Assembly (NCBI RefSeq): GCF_006345805.1
Contig: NW_021825088.1
Coordinates: 1-16,667, forward strand
DNA length: 16,667 bases
Direction: 5' to 3'
Origin: Octopus sinensis
Lineage: Eukaryota
Shown here in pieces: positions 1 through 11,583 of this stretch (the stretch's first letter is position 1; each line of letters begins with the position of its first letter). The notes under the pieces were generated by a model. That model did not search any database, had not been told where the DNA came from, and worked only from the letters and a program-made list of their open reading frames with translations. Both the position numbers and the translations under genes were made by a program.

Positions 1-626
1 TGTTTTCGCCTCAGGGGCGATAGAAAAGCAAAGCATTAAAATACTGGAATAGGTGACAAGAAAAACGTTTTGCCTCGGATATGCCTGTATGTCAACAGAC
101 ACACACACACGCTCTACATACATTTCTCTGTGTGTGTGTGTGTGTGTGTGTGTGTATTTAATTACACACTGTTTTCCTACTGGGTTGTACTCTCTAATGC
201 AACCAGCCACCCCCCTCACTCCAGTCATTCGCTTGTTCTCGCCCTTGTTGCTTCATAAAAAGTATGCGGATCTTCGACAATATAAAGAATTGCTTCAATA
301 CCCGCTTTTTTGTACCCGTAGATTGTCTTAGATACATTCCTATACACAAACATCTGTACATATACCTTGTAACCTTAAACTTATACCATCTCCAACTAGC
401 TATCTCATACACACACACACACACACACACATACACACATAAGCATACACACAGACTCACACATATAGATACAAAATATACATATACTCTGTCGGCTTAA
501 ACTCAGCACCCCCCTCTCTCTCTCTCACACACACACACATGCACTCACACGCGCACACACACCTTATATCTTACAAACAGCAACCACTCTCAGAACATAC
601 AACCAAAATATCAAAGAATAAACGAT

Positions 627-791
627 ACTTTACTCAAGGCACAAGGCCCGAAATTTGGTGGGAGCGGGGCCGGTCGATTAGATCGACCTCAGTACGCAAT
701 TGGTACTTAATTTATGAACCCCCAAAAGGATGAAAAGCAAAGTCGACCTCCGTGGAATTTGAACTCAGGACGTAAAAACAGACGAAATACC
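627..791 (-). mobile_element. SINE family A, 5'-truncated right monomer (no A box) fused to 792-1018
   Basis: Begins at internal GGTATTTCGTC, keeps the B-box and body, and ends in the AAATTTCGGGCCTTGTGCCT tail also seen at 9680-9700. A 14-bp TSD (613-626 AAAGAATAAACGAT / 1019-1032 AAATAATAAACAAT, 12/14) flanks both monomers together. Confidence 0.85.
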
Positions 792-1018
792 TGTTTCTTT
801 ACTACCCACAAGGGTCTAAACACAGAGAGGACAGACAGACAAACGGATTAAGTCGATTATATCTACCCCAGTGCGTAACTGGTACTTATTTAATCGACCC
901 CGAAAGGATGAAAGGGAAAGTCGACCTCGGTAGAATTTGAACTCAGAACGTAACGGCCGACGAAATACCGCTAATCATTCCGCCCGGCGTGCTAACGACT
1001 CTGCCATCTCTCCGCCCT
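792..1018 (-). mobile_element. tRNA-derived SINE (family A), full-length left monomer of a dimer
   Basis: The minus strand starts AGGGCGGAGAGATGGCAGAGTCGTTAGCACGCCGGGCGG (A-box-like TGGCAGAGTCG) and has a B-box GAGTTCAAATTC. The body (CCTTTCATCCTTTCGGGGTCGATTAAATAAGTACC) aligns by eye with the copies at 2711, 4887 and 9492. Confidence 0.9.
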
Positions 1019-1479
1019 AAATAATAAACAATGCCAAGAAATATAATATATACCCAAAAAAAAAAGAAGAAAAATTGAAAAGTATAGGAGGAGGGAAGAG
1101 GGAGGCAGAGGAAGGGAGGGAGAGAGAGAAGTGGGAGTAATAGGGAGAGTGTGACGAAGTGAATAACGTAACTGGATGAAGATGTGAAGTGAAGAAGGGA
1201 ATCGGATTTCTTGGAATTACTTTTGTTCTCTGTTGTTTGTTGTAATGGTTATGGAAGGTGGTGGTCATGGTGGTGGTGGGATGTTTATTTTGGCGGAGGG
1301 TTGCCTCGCCGTAGCCCTTAATTTGAAATAAATCTGGTTTAAGGCAAGACGCACACATGCACGTATACATACGTACGTACGGACGTATGTATGTCTTCTG
1401 TGTGCATATACACGCGCACACAACCAGAAAAAAATTAAGGAACACATGGAGAAAGGAAAAGGAAACAAGCAGCCAAAGG

Positions 1480-1570
1480 GCCGGATAAAATGTTTTGTAG
1501 AATCTAGTTACGGCCCCTTTACATAATTCTGAGTTCAAATCCTGACTAGGTCAACTTAGGCATTTCATCT
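1480..1570 (+). mobile_element. Degenerate SINE family A head fragment
   Basis: TTCTGAGTTCAAATCCTGACTAGGTCAACTT...CATTTCATC resembles family A TTCTGAGTTCAAATTCCGCCGAGGTCGACTTTGCCTTTCATC; B-box at 1531-1542. Confidence 0.55.
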
Positions 1571-1770
1571 CAATCATTTCATCGAACGTTGATTTTACCT
1601 TCAGATTATTCCAAATTATTGTCGTCTCAGTGAAAATTTTAAAATGCATTAATGAACTATTTCTGGGGGAGGGCTTGATTTCGCGAATTACATTGATCAT
1701 TAATAAATATTATTTGATAATTAAGCGCAAGATGAAGTAAATAAAACTTATATAGAAGAATTATATATAT

Positions 1771-1900
1771 AGAGAGATGTACTTGCACAGCGAGTGACCT
1801 GATCTGAGGTCGTATGCTGGAACGAAAACAATTGCAGTCATTTAAGAAAACACAAAACCGTTAGATTCACTCCAACATTTAATTTAATTTGTCATGTGTT
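1771..1900. repeat. Unclassified complex-sequence segment between (TA)n tracts; probable interspersed-repeat fragment
   Basis: Flanked by TA runs on both sides, with an internal hairpin GACCT-GATCTG-AGGTC (1794-1809). Resembles an octopus repeat from memory only; there is no second copy in the window. Confidence 0.3.
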
Positions 1901-1921
1901 CTATATATACATATATATACC

Positions 1922-1955
<34 letters not shown>

Positions 1956-2290
1956 ATACATACATATATATATATAATATATATATATAATACTATATAT
2001 ATATATATATAATATATATATACATACATATACACACATATATATATATATATAACATATATATATACCATATATATATATATATATACACATTATATAT
2101 ATACACATATATATATACACCACACAGATATTATATACACATATATATATATATACACACATATATATATATATACATACACATATATATATACATATGT
2201 ACATATATATTTACATACACACATACATATATATATACATGCATATTATATATACATGCATATATATATATATATACATATATATATATC
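1901..2290. repeat. Long imperfect (TA)n/(CA)n microsatellite
   Basis: Direct inspection. Confidence 0.97.
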
Positions 2291-2655
2291 ATTATAATAA
2301 TAATATTAGGGATTATATCCAAACTTACAGGGAAAAATTAGATTTAGGATTAAATCAAATTTCACAGTATAAATATAAATTAAATTAGAGATAAAACCAC
2401 TATTAGGCAACTCAAATAGTGATAAACATAAACCAAACAAAAAATATATATAATTAATATAATATATATATATATATAAAATATAAAATTTAAAATTTAA
2501 ATTATTAAAATTTTTAATTTTTAAATTTATATTTAAAAATTTTTACATTTTTAAAAGACACCACCAGGAACAGTGGGCAACGAAAACAGACGGATGAATG
2601 AATGGATAGCGAAGCACATCAACAGGCTCTATTTAATCGAGTCTGCATCATATTT

Positions 2656-2656
<1 letters not shown>

Positions 2657-2693
<37 letters not shown>

Positions 2694-2710
2694 AATAACT
2701 AATAATAATG
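2657..2710. repeat. (ATG)n/(ATA)n microsatellite at the 3' end of the SINE at 2711-2919
   Basis: Direct inspection; abuts the SINE tail. Confidence 0.95.
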
Positions 2711-2919
2711 GGTTCAAATTTTGGCAGAAGGCAGTACTTTCGCGGAAGGAGATAAGTCGATTACATCGACCCGGTGCTCAACTGGTACTTATTTTATCGA
2801 CCCCGTAATGATGAAAAGTAAATTTGATTTCGGTGGAGTTAGAATTCAGAACGCAAAGACAGACAAACTGCTACGCATTTTACCCGCGTTTCCTAACGAC
2901 TCTACCAATTCGCAGCCTT
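2711..2919 (-). mobile_element. SINE family A, diverged full-length copy
   Basis: The minus strand starts AAGGCTGCGAATTGGTAGAGTCGTTAGG, has a degenerate B-box, the body GGGTCGATAAAATAAGTACCAG, and a tail CTTCTGCCAAAATTTGAACC of the same type as the 4887 copy. Confidence 0.85.
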
Positions 2920-2932
2920 AAAATTAAAAATA

Positions 2933-3045
2933 TATATACATACATGCATGCATGCATGCATACATGCATACATACATACACACGTATGTATGTATGTATG
3001 TATGTATGTATGTATGTATATATGTATGTATGTATGTATGTATAA
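2933..3045. repeat. Compound tetranucleotide microsatellite (CATG)n/(TACA)n/(TATG)n
   Basis: Direct inspection. Confidence 0.95.
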
Positions 3046-3447
3046 GCACGCACATACAACATACGTTCGTATATTTAAGCAAAGCATAAATAAATAAAAG
3101 ATTTCGGAAAGCCGCACTGATTTCTGTCAATGTTGAACCCTTAATAGAAACGGATGTGAGGAAATTCGCTGACTTCCCTCTTCGTGGATTAGTTCAAGTG
3201 TGTATCACCGAGGAAAGATTTTCCCAGATGTGTTCAGGCGAGCATAGATGGCGCTGCTTCCTCGGGAACACGACGCACATAAATAGATAAACGTACACGC
3301 ATGCTCTCACACACACACACATGCTCATAGCTATATATGCGTATGTTTGCGCGTGTATCTAGTTGTATATGTGCGTGCTTGTGTGCATGAGCGCTTGTTC
3401 ATGTGTGTGTTGTATCTGTGTTTGCCTGTGCTTGGGTGAGTATGTTC

Positions 3448-3523
<76 letters not shown>
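3448..3523. repeat. (TG)n microsatellite
   Basis: Direct inspection. Confidence 0.97.
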
Positions 3524-3720
3524 CTGTGAATTGGTGTAAATACGAATGTTTTCTATATGTAAATAGTCGCCTGTAATACGTGAAACGTGAAACTCGATGT
3601 TTGTTACGGTGTGAAGTGTTCGTTTCGAATACACATGCTATTACATAGGCATTACTTTGCTTGGTGTGTGTGGTTGTGTGCCTATATACATACACACCCA
3701 CACACACCACACACATATAT

Positions 3721-3722
<2 letters not shown>

Positions 3723-3780
<58 letters not shown>

Positions 3781-3783
3781 TAT
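3723..3783. repeat. (TA)n microsatellite
   Basis: Direct inspection. Confidence 0.97.
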
Positions 3784-4667
3784 CTAAATGCGCATATGTA
3801 TGTATTTATGCATGTGTGTACGTACACAGACGCGTATTCTCTATGCTTCAAAGTACGTGTTCCAAATTATACACTTGCTGAATTATTGGAAACAGGATGA
3901 AGCTGCTTCAAGGAATTACCTTCCACCACCAGAAATGGTAACGTTGGTGGAGGATTGAAGATGAAAAGAGAAATAAAAACATTGTCGTCATTCTCCACCT
4001 CCATCATTCAAAACAACAAGCTTGTTGTTATTTAACCCCGCGTCAGTTCTGTCCACGATCGAAAACCTTCCAATTACGACCATCTCGTGCTTTCTCTTAT
4101 ATCTTCTCTTACATAGTCCAGTTCTTTCTAGAAAAGACGATGGATGCTGAAGGACATTTAGCTGCTATTTTTCCTCGTTCCGACGATGGTGTTGCTGATG
4201 GTAATGGTGTTGGTGATGATGATGAAAGGGTGTTTGAAAATGCTGTATGTCAGGAAAAGCAAGGAGCTGGATGAGTACAGAGAGAAAGGGGTGGGTTTTT
4301 TTTTTTTACTTTCTTTGGAAGTTTTGGAGGCGTGAAATTTCAGATTTACTTTCCGATTTGTGGAAAATAACACAGTTGATCGGTTCGAGAAGGTCAAGTT
4401 ACAATTATTTAAAATGATTTCATATGTTATGTTTGCACACGCACGCACACGCACACATACATATACACATATTATATGTATTTGTACATATATATACACA
4501 CATTTACATAAGTACGCACACACATATACATACGTATACACACATAAGTTTCTGATGAAATGGAAGAATGAATACTCAACACTGCATAGGAAGATAAGAA
4601 ATTCCTTTTAATTGAAACTTGTAGTCTGATACCATAGGTTTCGTACAGACATATTTGCTATAAACGT

Positions 4668-4800
4668 AGCATGCATGTAACCTAACTTTACTTAAAACTG
4701 GAGTGTTTGATTTGAGTGAATATACTTGCTATTTTTAGCAGGCCGAGCCACCACCATCAAAGTATTCCGCCACTAGCTCAGATGCCGTTGTTGTTGTTCT
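4668..4800 (+). repeat. Unclassified repeat family B, copy 1 (direct repeat of 5255-5387)
   Basis: Hand alignment to 5255-5387 gives roughly 80-85% identity over ~133 nt, including an identical ACTGGAGTGTTTGATTTGAGTGAAT block. Confidence 0.9.
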
Positions 4801-4886
4801 GTGCATAACTGAGGCAATAACATTCGTTCAGGCCAAGCTTAAAGTATAGGGTCAGCTGAGACCTTTAGAATATTTTTGGCATACTT

Positions 4887-5100
4887 AGACGGCAAACTGT
4901 TAGAATTTCTAGCATGCCGGGGGAAATGCTTTGCGGTATTTCGTCGGTCTTGACGTTTTAAGTTCAAATCCGCCGAGGTCGACTTTGCCTTTTCAACCTT
5001 TTGGTATCAATTAAGTAAGTACCTATTAAACACTGGAGACGATGTAATTGACTTGACCCCCTCCCCCTAACTTGCTGATCTTCTGCTAAAATTTGATACC
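4887..5100 (+). mobile_element. SINE family A, full-length monomer with target-site duplication
   Basis: Head AGACGGCAAACTGTTAGAATTTCTAGCATGCCGGG, B-box AAGTTCAAATCC, family body. TSD 4869-4886 AATATTTTTGGCATACTT / 5101-5117 AATATTTTGGCATTCTA. Confidence 0.9.
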
Positions 5101-5254
5101 AATATTTTGGCATTCTATTTCCATGTCTAGACTCGCTCGGCCTCACCTCGCATCCGGAGCTTTTTGAGAATCGAAACCATCCCCGTTACATCATTGGAAA
5201 ATCACCCTTTAGATTCTCATTGATTTTGTTCCAGTTGGGCCAATTCTTATACGG

Positions 5255-5387
5255 AGCATGCATGTGACCTATATTTATTTAAGACTGGAGTGTTTGATTT
5301 GAGTGAATTTATTTGCTCTTTCTAGCAGCCTAAGCAACCACGTAAAGATTCCGTCAGTAGCTCAGATGGCGTTGTTGTTGTTGTTCT
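5255..5387 (+). repeat. Unclassified repeat family B, copy 2
   Basis: See 4668-4800; also homologous in inverted orientation to 10551-10630. Confidence 0.9.
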
Positions 5388-5574
5388 AGTAGTAGTAGTG
5401 TTATAGGTTTCTGTTGTTGTTGTTGTTGCCCATGCTGCAGCTCACAGAACTTGAAAAGAGTCTCGTATGGAAGAGATTCTATTTTAGAATCTACAAACAA
5501 TCCATGTTCTGCCCCTCCATACACTGCAGGGCACAAATACCGACACGCAAACACCCACCATCGCTTACCTCCCT

Positions 5575-5760
5575 TACTTTTCCCACTCTCTCTCCTTCCT
5601 TATCTTCTCGCATCTTTCCTTATCATATTTTCTCTTTTTGTCTGTCTCTTTCTCTGTGTCTGTCTGTCTGTCTGTCTCACTCCATCTATTTTCCCTTCTC
5701 ACTCTCTCTATCTCTCTTTCTCTTTCTCTGTCTCTGTCTCTCTCTCTCTCACTCACTCAA
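5575..5760. repeat. CT/GTCT-rich pyrimidine tract
   Basis: Direct inspection. Confidence 0.9.
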
Positions 5761-5844
5761 CATCTTGTCTTCTATCTAACACAAACGCACAATACACATA
5801 TACAGTTATTTACACATTCATTGATGGTTGATGGATGAAGTGTG

Positions 5845-5884
5845 TATATGTATTATATATATATATATATAATATATATAATAA

Positions 5885-5929
<45 letters not shown>

Positions 5930-6160
5930 ATGTATATAATGTATATATATGGGGTGTATGCATATATGTACGTATATATGTGTTTGTGTGGTAGAGAGAC
6001 AGATATGTGTCTCTATCAATTCCTGTTTGTATATATTTATATAGGTACATATATATGTGTGCCTGTGAGTGTGTGCACCTTTTTCTATATATCCGTGGTT
6101 GTGCGTATAAATATATATACGTACGCATGCACACACGTACACACACACACACACAAACAC
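5845..6160. repeat. (TA)n/(TG)n/(CA)n low-complexity block
   Basis: Direct inspection. Confidence 0.9.
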
Positions 6161-6556
6161 GCAGAGAGGGCATGAAAAAGAATGAGAGTAAAAAGAGGTG
6201 AAAGTAGTGGGAGCTGCTTAGTTGATAATTAGGGTGTTAACCAATTGATAAATTCAAAGATTTAGTTTAATCCCGAGGTAAATCCACTCTTTTGGAGATA
6301 AACAAAATCTCTCCTGCCAAAGATAATCACAGAAATTCCCCATCAAAAACTAAAAAATGAAATACCAGCATGAAGTAAACAAACAAAAACAACGACAACA
6401 ATGAAAAGAAGCGGAATAACGGCAAAGAATGATTAAACAATTAAAATTAAAGTTTAAGCATCAAGGTAATTAAAGATTTTATATACCCTTTTGATGGCGC
6501 AAATTAATATTTACCCGTTAAATGATGGATGTTTAGAGGTCGAAGTTTGCCACCCT

Positions 6557-6611
6557 GGCTAATATCAGGAAAAGGGGCTAATATCAGAAAAGGGGCTAAT
6601 ATCAGGAAAGG
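6557..6611. repeat. Three tandem 18-19-bp units GGCTAATATCAG(G)AAA(A)GG
   Basis: Units at 6557-6575, 6576-6593 and 6594-6611; they differ only by single-base indels. Confidence 0.95.
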
Positions 6612-7038
6612 TGACGTTTATAAAATAAAGATAATGCAAAATAAGGAAATGAATATTGAGTTTTCAAAGAAAAATGATTATTTCCATAAAATTGAATTAA
6701 ATGGAAGAAAATTTTCATAAGTTACTGCTTTTTAAAAATCTTATCTACATAAGCACAATCGACTCTCCGCAAAATTTTATTTAAAAAATGGTGCATTTTT
6801 CAAAAAATTTCGAGTATCAAAACACGTAGTGGGACACCAAACTGGAGTCATGCCCCCCCCCCATGTTCTCCCCCCTCTCTCTCATTCACTCTCTTTCTGT
6901 CTTTCTCCCTCCATGCCTAGTATACAGTTCCTACACCCTTTATGGTAAATCTCTCTGTATCTCTCTTTTCCTCTTGCTCATGTAAAACATGACTGAAGTT
7001 CTCACCCAACCAAACAACCAGCCAACTTTTCTATCGGC

Positions 7039-7071
<33 letters not shown>

Positions 7072-7376
7072 ATCGAGGTTGACGTAGCCATTAAGTTACA
7101 TATCGTGTGTTTTTTACACAAGGACAGCAACGACAGGAACTAAACACAAAGACATCAACTACAAAACGGTGCTTGTTTTAAAATTAAGTGCACACCGCAT
7201 CAAGGAAATTAAGGACTCCTTAAACCGATCCCTATTTATATTTATTATTCATTTATTTCTTATTTCTATATTCTTGCCAGTTTTTATCTTTTTTCCCTTT
7301 TTCAAAGGCCTTCCCTCAAGGAGGGATCTTTGTCTGATAAGCACTGATTAAAAAATATATACTCTGTCCTAGTTTC

Positions 7377-7490
<114 letters not shown>

Positions 7491-7651
7491 TATGAAGGCT
7501 GTAAGATAGGAGTACAAGTTAAAGCGGGGTGTACCCTGATGACCAGAAAGAATTGAGAACAGATATTCCCGTTCGAATCTGTCAGAACGTATTTAGAATT
7601 GATATATACGTTCGTGTTTCGATTCTCACTGTTCTGCATGCGCTCCATATC

Positions 7652-7683
<32 letters not shown>

Positions 7684-7773
7684 GATGTAGGTACATACAT
7701 ACAGGGTAAGTAAGAAAGACAAATTGCAAGACAACTCATTGACAAAACACCAAGCTTCTTTTAGGATCATCTA

Positions 7774-7807
<34 letters not shown>

Positions 7808-7895
7808 CGCTTTTCTCACTATCGATCATTCTTTTTCTTTCCCTCTCGCTCTCCTCACATTATTCTCTCTCCACCCTAATACCTGACTACTATTT

Positions 7896-7991
7896 GCAAA
7901 GTCGACTACGTCAGAATCTGAACTCAGAATGTAAAGAAATGCCACTAAACGTTTTATCTGAGGCATTAGCGATCCTGCCCACACGCTGCCT
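7896..7991 (-). mobile_element. SINE family A, head-only fragment
   Basis: The minus strand reads AGGCAGCGTGTGGGCAGGATCGCTAATGCC...TTCTGAGTTCAGATTCTGACGTAGTCGACTTTGC and stops before the body; it abuts (TAA)n at 7994-8023. Confidence 0.75.
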
Positions 7992-8084
7992 CGATAATAA
8001 TAATAATAATAATAATAATAATTAATAGAAAAGAAAAAGAAATACAACCGCAGTAACGACAACAACGATTATGATGACTAGAAC

Positions 8085-8091
8085 ATTATTA

Positions 8092-8158
<67 letters not shown>

Positions 8159-8167
8159 TTATTATTA

Positions 8168-8207
<40 letters not shown>

Positions 8208-8335
8208 GTTATCATTATTATTATTATTTTCAACAACAACAATATTAACAACAGCACTTACAACGAAAACGAAAACCACAATAAGACCAATTACGAGAAC
8301 AAGAACAACAATTACAACAACAACAACTACTACAC
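8085..8335. repeat. (ATT)n microsatellite followed by degenerate (AAC)n
   Basis: Direct inspection. Confidence 0.95.
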
Positions 8336-8903
8336 TACTGTAAAGAACAAGAACAACGCTAACACCATTTACTACAAAAATATATTAAACAGATAAATGA
8401 ATGAATGAATGAATAAACACTCAATAAAATATATAAAAGAAATATAAACAATGAAATAAAACATTCAAAATAAGATAAACAACTATTACAATAAACAACA
8501 TAAACTAGAAAAATGAAACCTTATAAAAAAAAGTTGATAGATAAATGCAAATAAAAACGATAAGAGAAAGAGAGCAGGGAATGAAGAAGAGAATTAGAGA
8601 CAGAGGGAGTGAAAGACCGTGTGCGAAAAAATGAAGAGAAAAAAACAAAGAATGAAGGAGGGATAAGGAGCGAGGAAGAAGGCAGAAAAGTCAAATAGAG
8701 TGGAGCAATGTAAACCATCGTCTCTTGTCTTCTGTTTGTATTTATCGAATCTGCCAAGAAAGTCAGGATCGGCCATTGAAGCGATCGCTTAATAGTAGCA
8801 ATAATTTCCATTAAAAGTCGCTTCTTGTGTTTGTCTGCGAGAGGTGACCACGTTCCCTAAGGTCTCCTCTTGCAATGCTTCAACCTTGGCGATGCAATAG
8901 CAG

Positions 8904-8957
8904 TATTATTATTATTGTTGTTGTTGTTGTTGTTGTTGTTATTATTATTATTATTAT

Positions 8958-9014
<57 letters not shown>
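8904..9014. repeat. Compound (TTA)/(TTG)/(TTA)/(GTA) microsatellite
   Basis: Direct inspection. Confidence 0.95.
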
Positions 9015-9275
9015 AGGGGTGGGTGCGTAAGAGGTCGGGAGAGGGTAAGGTAGAAGGTATTGTGTGTCTTGCTGGAGTTGGTGAGGAGGAAGGTGAGGCG
9101 GTATTAGGCAGCGGATAATGTGAATGTTTGTATATTTGAGTGGTGGGACGTGTGAGTTTAACGATGTGTGTATGTGTGTGTGTGTGTGGTGTGATGGTGT
9201 GGAACAGGGTATGTAGGGATGGAGCGACGTTAATAAACTTGTATTCAAACAATAAATAGCCGGGTATATCATCAT

Positions 9276-9320
<45 letters not shown>

Positions 9321-9491
9321 GTCATCATCATTTACTCTTTTTACGCGATGGATCTTCTAAACGGTGTTCCCCTACGTAGTTTACCTTTGTGCCATCCCTA
9401 ACGCCAAAGGCTTTTGTGGCTAATAAGAAGAATCATCATCATCGTCACCATCATCATCATCATTATTATGATCATCATCGTTGTTGTTATT

Positions 9492-9710
9492 AAGGTGGTG
9501 AACTGACAGAATCGTTAGCACACTGGGCGAAATAATTAGCGGCATTTCGTCCGTTTTTAGGCTCTGAGTTCAAATTCCGCCGAGGTCAATTTTGCCTTTC
9601 ATCCTTTGTGGGATCGATAAATTAAGTACCAGCTCCGTACTGGTGTCGATCTAATCGACTGCCCATCCCCCTCCCCAAAAATTTCGGGCTTTGTACCTAC
9701 AGTAGAAAAA
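9492..9710 (+). mobile_element. SINE family A, full-length copy
   Basis: A-box-like TGACAGAATCG (9504-9514), B-box GAGTTCAAATTCC (9566-9578), family body, tail AAATTTCGGGCTTTGTACCT...GTAGAAAAA running into (ATT)n. Confidence 0.92.
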
Positions 9711-9716
9711 ATTATT

Positions 9717-9796
<80 letters not shown>

Positions 9797-9850
9797 TATT
9801 GTTGTTGTTGTTGTTATTGTTATTGTTGTTGTTATTCTTATTATTATTGC
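9711..9850. repeat. (ATT)n/(GTT)n microsatellite at the SINE 3' end
   Basis: Direct inspection. Confidence 0.95.
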
Positions 9851-10213
9851 ATTCAAGTGAGAAAAACGGCGAATCGTTCTAAAATTCCATGCAGTATTTA
9901 AGTTACACCTACTTATGTTTTGTCAAGTTGCAAACAGTGTTTGTGTTTTTGCGGGTCACGGGGAGAGGGAAGCAATGAAATACCAGTAAAACATTGGGGG
10001 TGTTGATGAAACCGAGTAATGTTTGTCGTTAACAATAGACATGTCTTACTTTGTCTCTAATGAAGATATGTAGCTACCTTGAGAGGTAGAAAGGAGAATT
10101 GTGAGACAGGTGTGCACGGAGTGAGATAGAAAGTGTAAGAAACTGTGAGAAGGGGACGATTAAAGAGCAGAAGATGAGATGGCGATTATGAAACGAAAGA
10201 GACATAGAGAGAA

Positions 10214-10249
<36 letters not shown>

Positions 10250-10460
10250 GAACAGGCAGATGTGGGGGGAGAAATGAAATATGGCCGTTGAAAAAGAGGA
10301 ATGTCGTTTGTCAATAAACAAAATGGATACCAAGCAATTAGAAACATGGAAGGACAATCATCGTCATCATCTTCATCATCACCAACAACACATCGTCATC
10401 GATATCGTCCTGATCATCAACATTGTCATCGTTGTTATTATCGAAAATAATATCATAATC

Positions 10461-10501
<41 letters not shown>

Positions 10502-10550
10502 ACAGCAACAAAATCTACATGAATTGCAACAGTAATATGAGTCCTTAAGT

Positions 10551-10630
10551 AGGCTTTTACGTGGACGTACCTGTTAGAAATAGCAAACAATTTTTTCCTC
10601 AAATCACTCCCACTGTCTTAAAAAGGAAAC
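10551..10630 (-). repeat. Unclassified repeat family B, copy 3 (inverted relative to copies 1-2)
   Basis: TTTACGTGG...CTGTTAGAAATAGCAAACAA...CTCAAATCA...GTCTTAAA matches the reverse complement of 5255-5350. Confidence 0.7.
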
Positions 10631-10659
10631 TCTGTTGGAGTCATTTCACGACCTCATTT

Positions 10660-10851
10660 TCAACCAACTGAATTATCTGCTATTAAATGTAGGCGGCAAT
10701 GTATTCCACAAACACGTGGAAAGTTAGCCGCATTCTCAGGTAGAATCAGCTTGACACAATGGCGTCTGGTCAACATATGACGCAGTGGGATCAAACCCAG
10801 GTCCTTATGGTTCGGGAACGGACTTCTTAACGATACAGCCACGCACACGCC
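10660..10851 (-). mobile_element. tRNA-derived SINE of a second family, diverged
   Basis: The minus strand starts GGCGTGTGCGTGGCTGTATCGTTAAGAAG, with an A-box at 10841-10831 and a B-box GGGTTTGATCCC at 10798-10787. The 3' boundary is approximate, based on recalled similarity to octopus SINE tails. Confidence 0.7.
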
Positions 10852-11056
10852 CCCACACACAAAGGTGTATAATATGCTTAAAAAGAGAAAAACAAGCAAA
10901 AAAAAGTGGCATGGTCACGTTTGGAACTACTTTGGTTTATCAGAGTTGAGTCGACCTAAAGTTAGAGTACATCAACAAATAGGGCCCAAAACCACAGCAA
11001 CATCAGCAACAACAACGCTTTCGAAGGTGGGTGGGTAGAGAGTCAATGCTAGTAGA

Positions 11057-11100
11057 TTAAATTGGCACCAGTTTATGACTGGTACTTCATTTTATCGACG
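11057..11100 (-). mobile_element. SINE family A, short internal fragment
   Basis: ACCAGTTTATGACTGGTACTTCATTTTATCGAC matches the family segment CCAGT-N5-ACTGGTACTTATTTTATCGAC. Confidence 0.55.
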
Positions 11101-11510
11101 TCTAAGCTCGAGAGGATCCAAACGAAATATCACAAACCGACAAACTGAGCATGCGCAAACTACTGCGTTATGTCACACATATTCATGCATAAACACACCT
11201 GGCATCAATACCCCCCCCCCATGCATCACATGTTATAAACATGGGTGGGTACATGTGTGTATTTCTGCGTATGTCTATGCATCTATCGATATCTATCCAT
11301 CTCTAGACAGACAGATAGGTGGATAGAGAGATGGATGGATAAATGGATAGATAGGCAAACATATACACACACACATACGCATATAAATACATAAACAGAC
11401 ACACATACATACATATATGCCCATGCATGCATATATACAAACAAATACATAGAGACACACGTAAACCTTTCCACTACGTGTCTTTTAGTCTGAGTGATCT
11501 GCATTGATAT

Positions 11511-11560
<50 letters not shown>

Positions 11561-11583
11561 TGCTGTTGTTGTTGTTGTTGTTG
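11511..11583. repeat. (GTA)n-(GTT)n microsatellite
   Basis: Direct inspection. Confidence 0.97.

Noticed and set aside
4012-4029. Perfect 18-bp palindrome AACAACAAGCTTGTTGTT (also AAGCGATCGCTT at 8779-8790)
   Set aside because: The arms are AAC/GTT repeat units or very short, so they are expected by chance in this context.
4117-4274. Plus-strand mini-ORF MDAEGHLAAIFPRSDDGVADGNGVGDDDERVFENAVCQEKQGAG after a pyrimidine tract and AG
   Set aside because: Only 44 codons, largely a degenerate GAT/GGT repeat like others in the window, with ambiguous donors and nothing recognisable.
6230-6557. Possible hAT-like terminal inverted repeats TAGGGTG / CACCCTG
   Set aside because: Only a 6/7 match and no 8-bp TSD.
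6557-6611. CRISPR-like array
   Set aside because: The units are directly adjacent with no spacers, in a eukaryotic context with no cas genes.
7528-7560. CTGATGA-CCA-GAAA hammerhead-like core
   Set aside because: No stem II base pair, and no stem I or stem III complement could be found.
8690-8880. Minus-strand open frames (GTWSPLADKHKKRLLMEII..., MADPDFLGRFDKYKQK...)
   Set aside because: Several overlapping short frames with weak splice sites and no recognisable homology; cannot be supported without RNA data.
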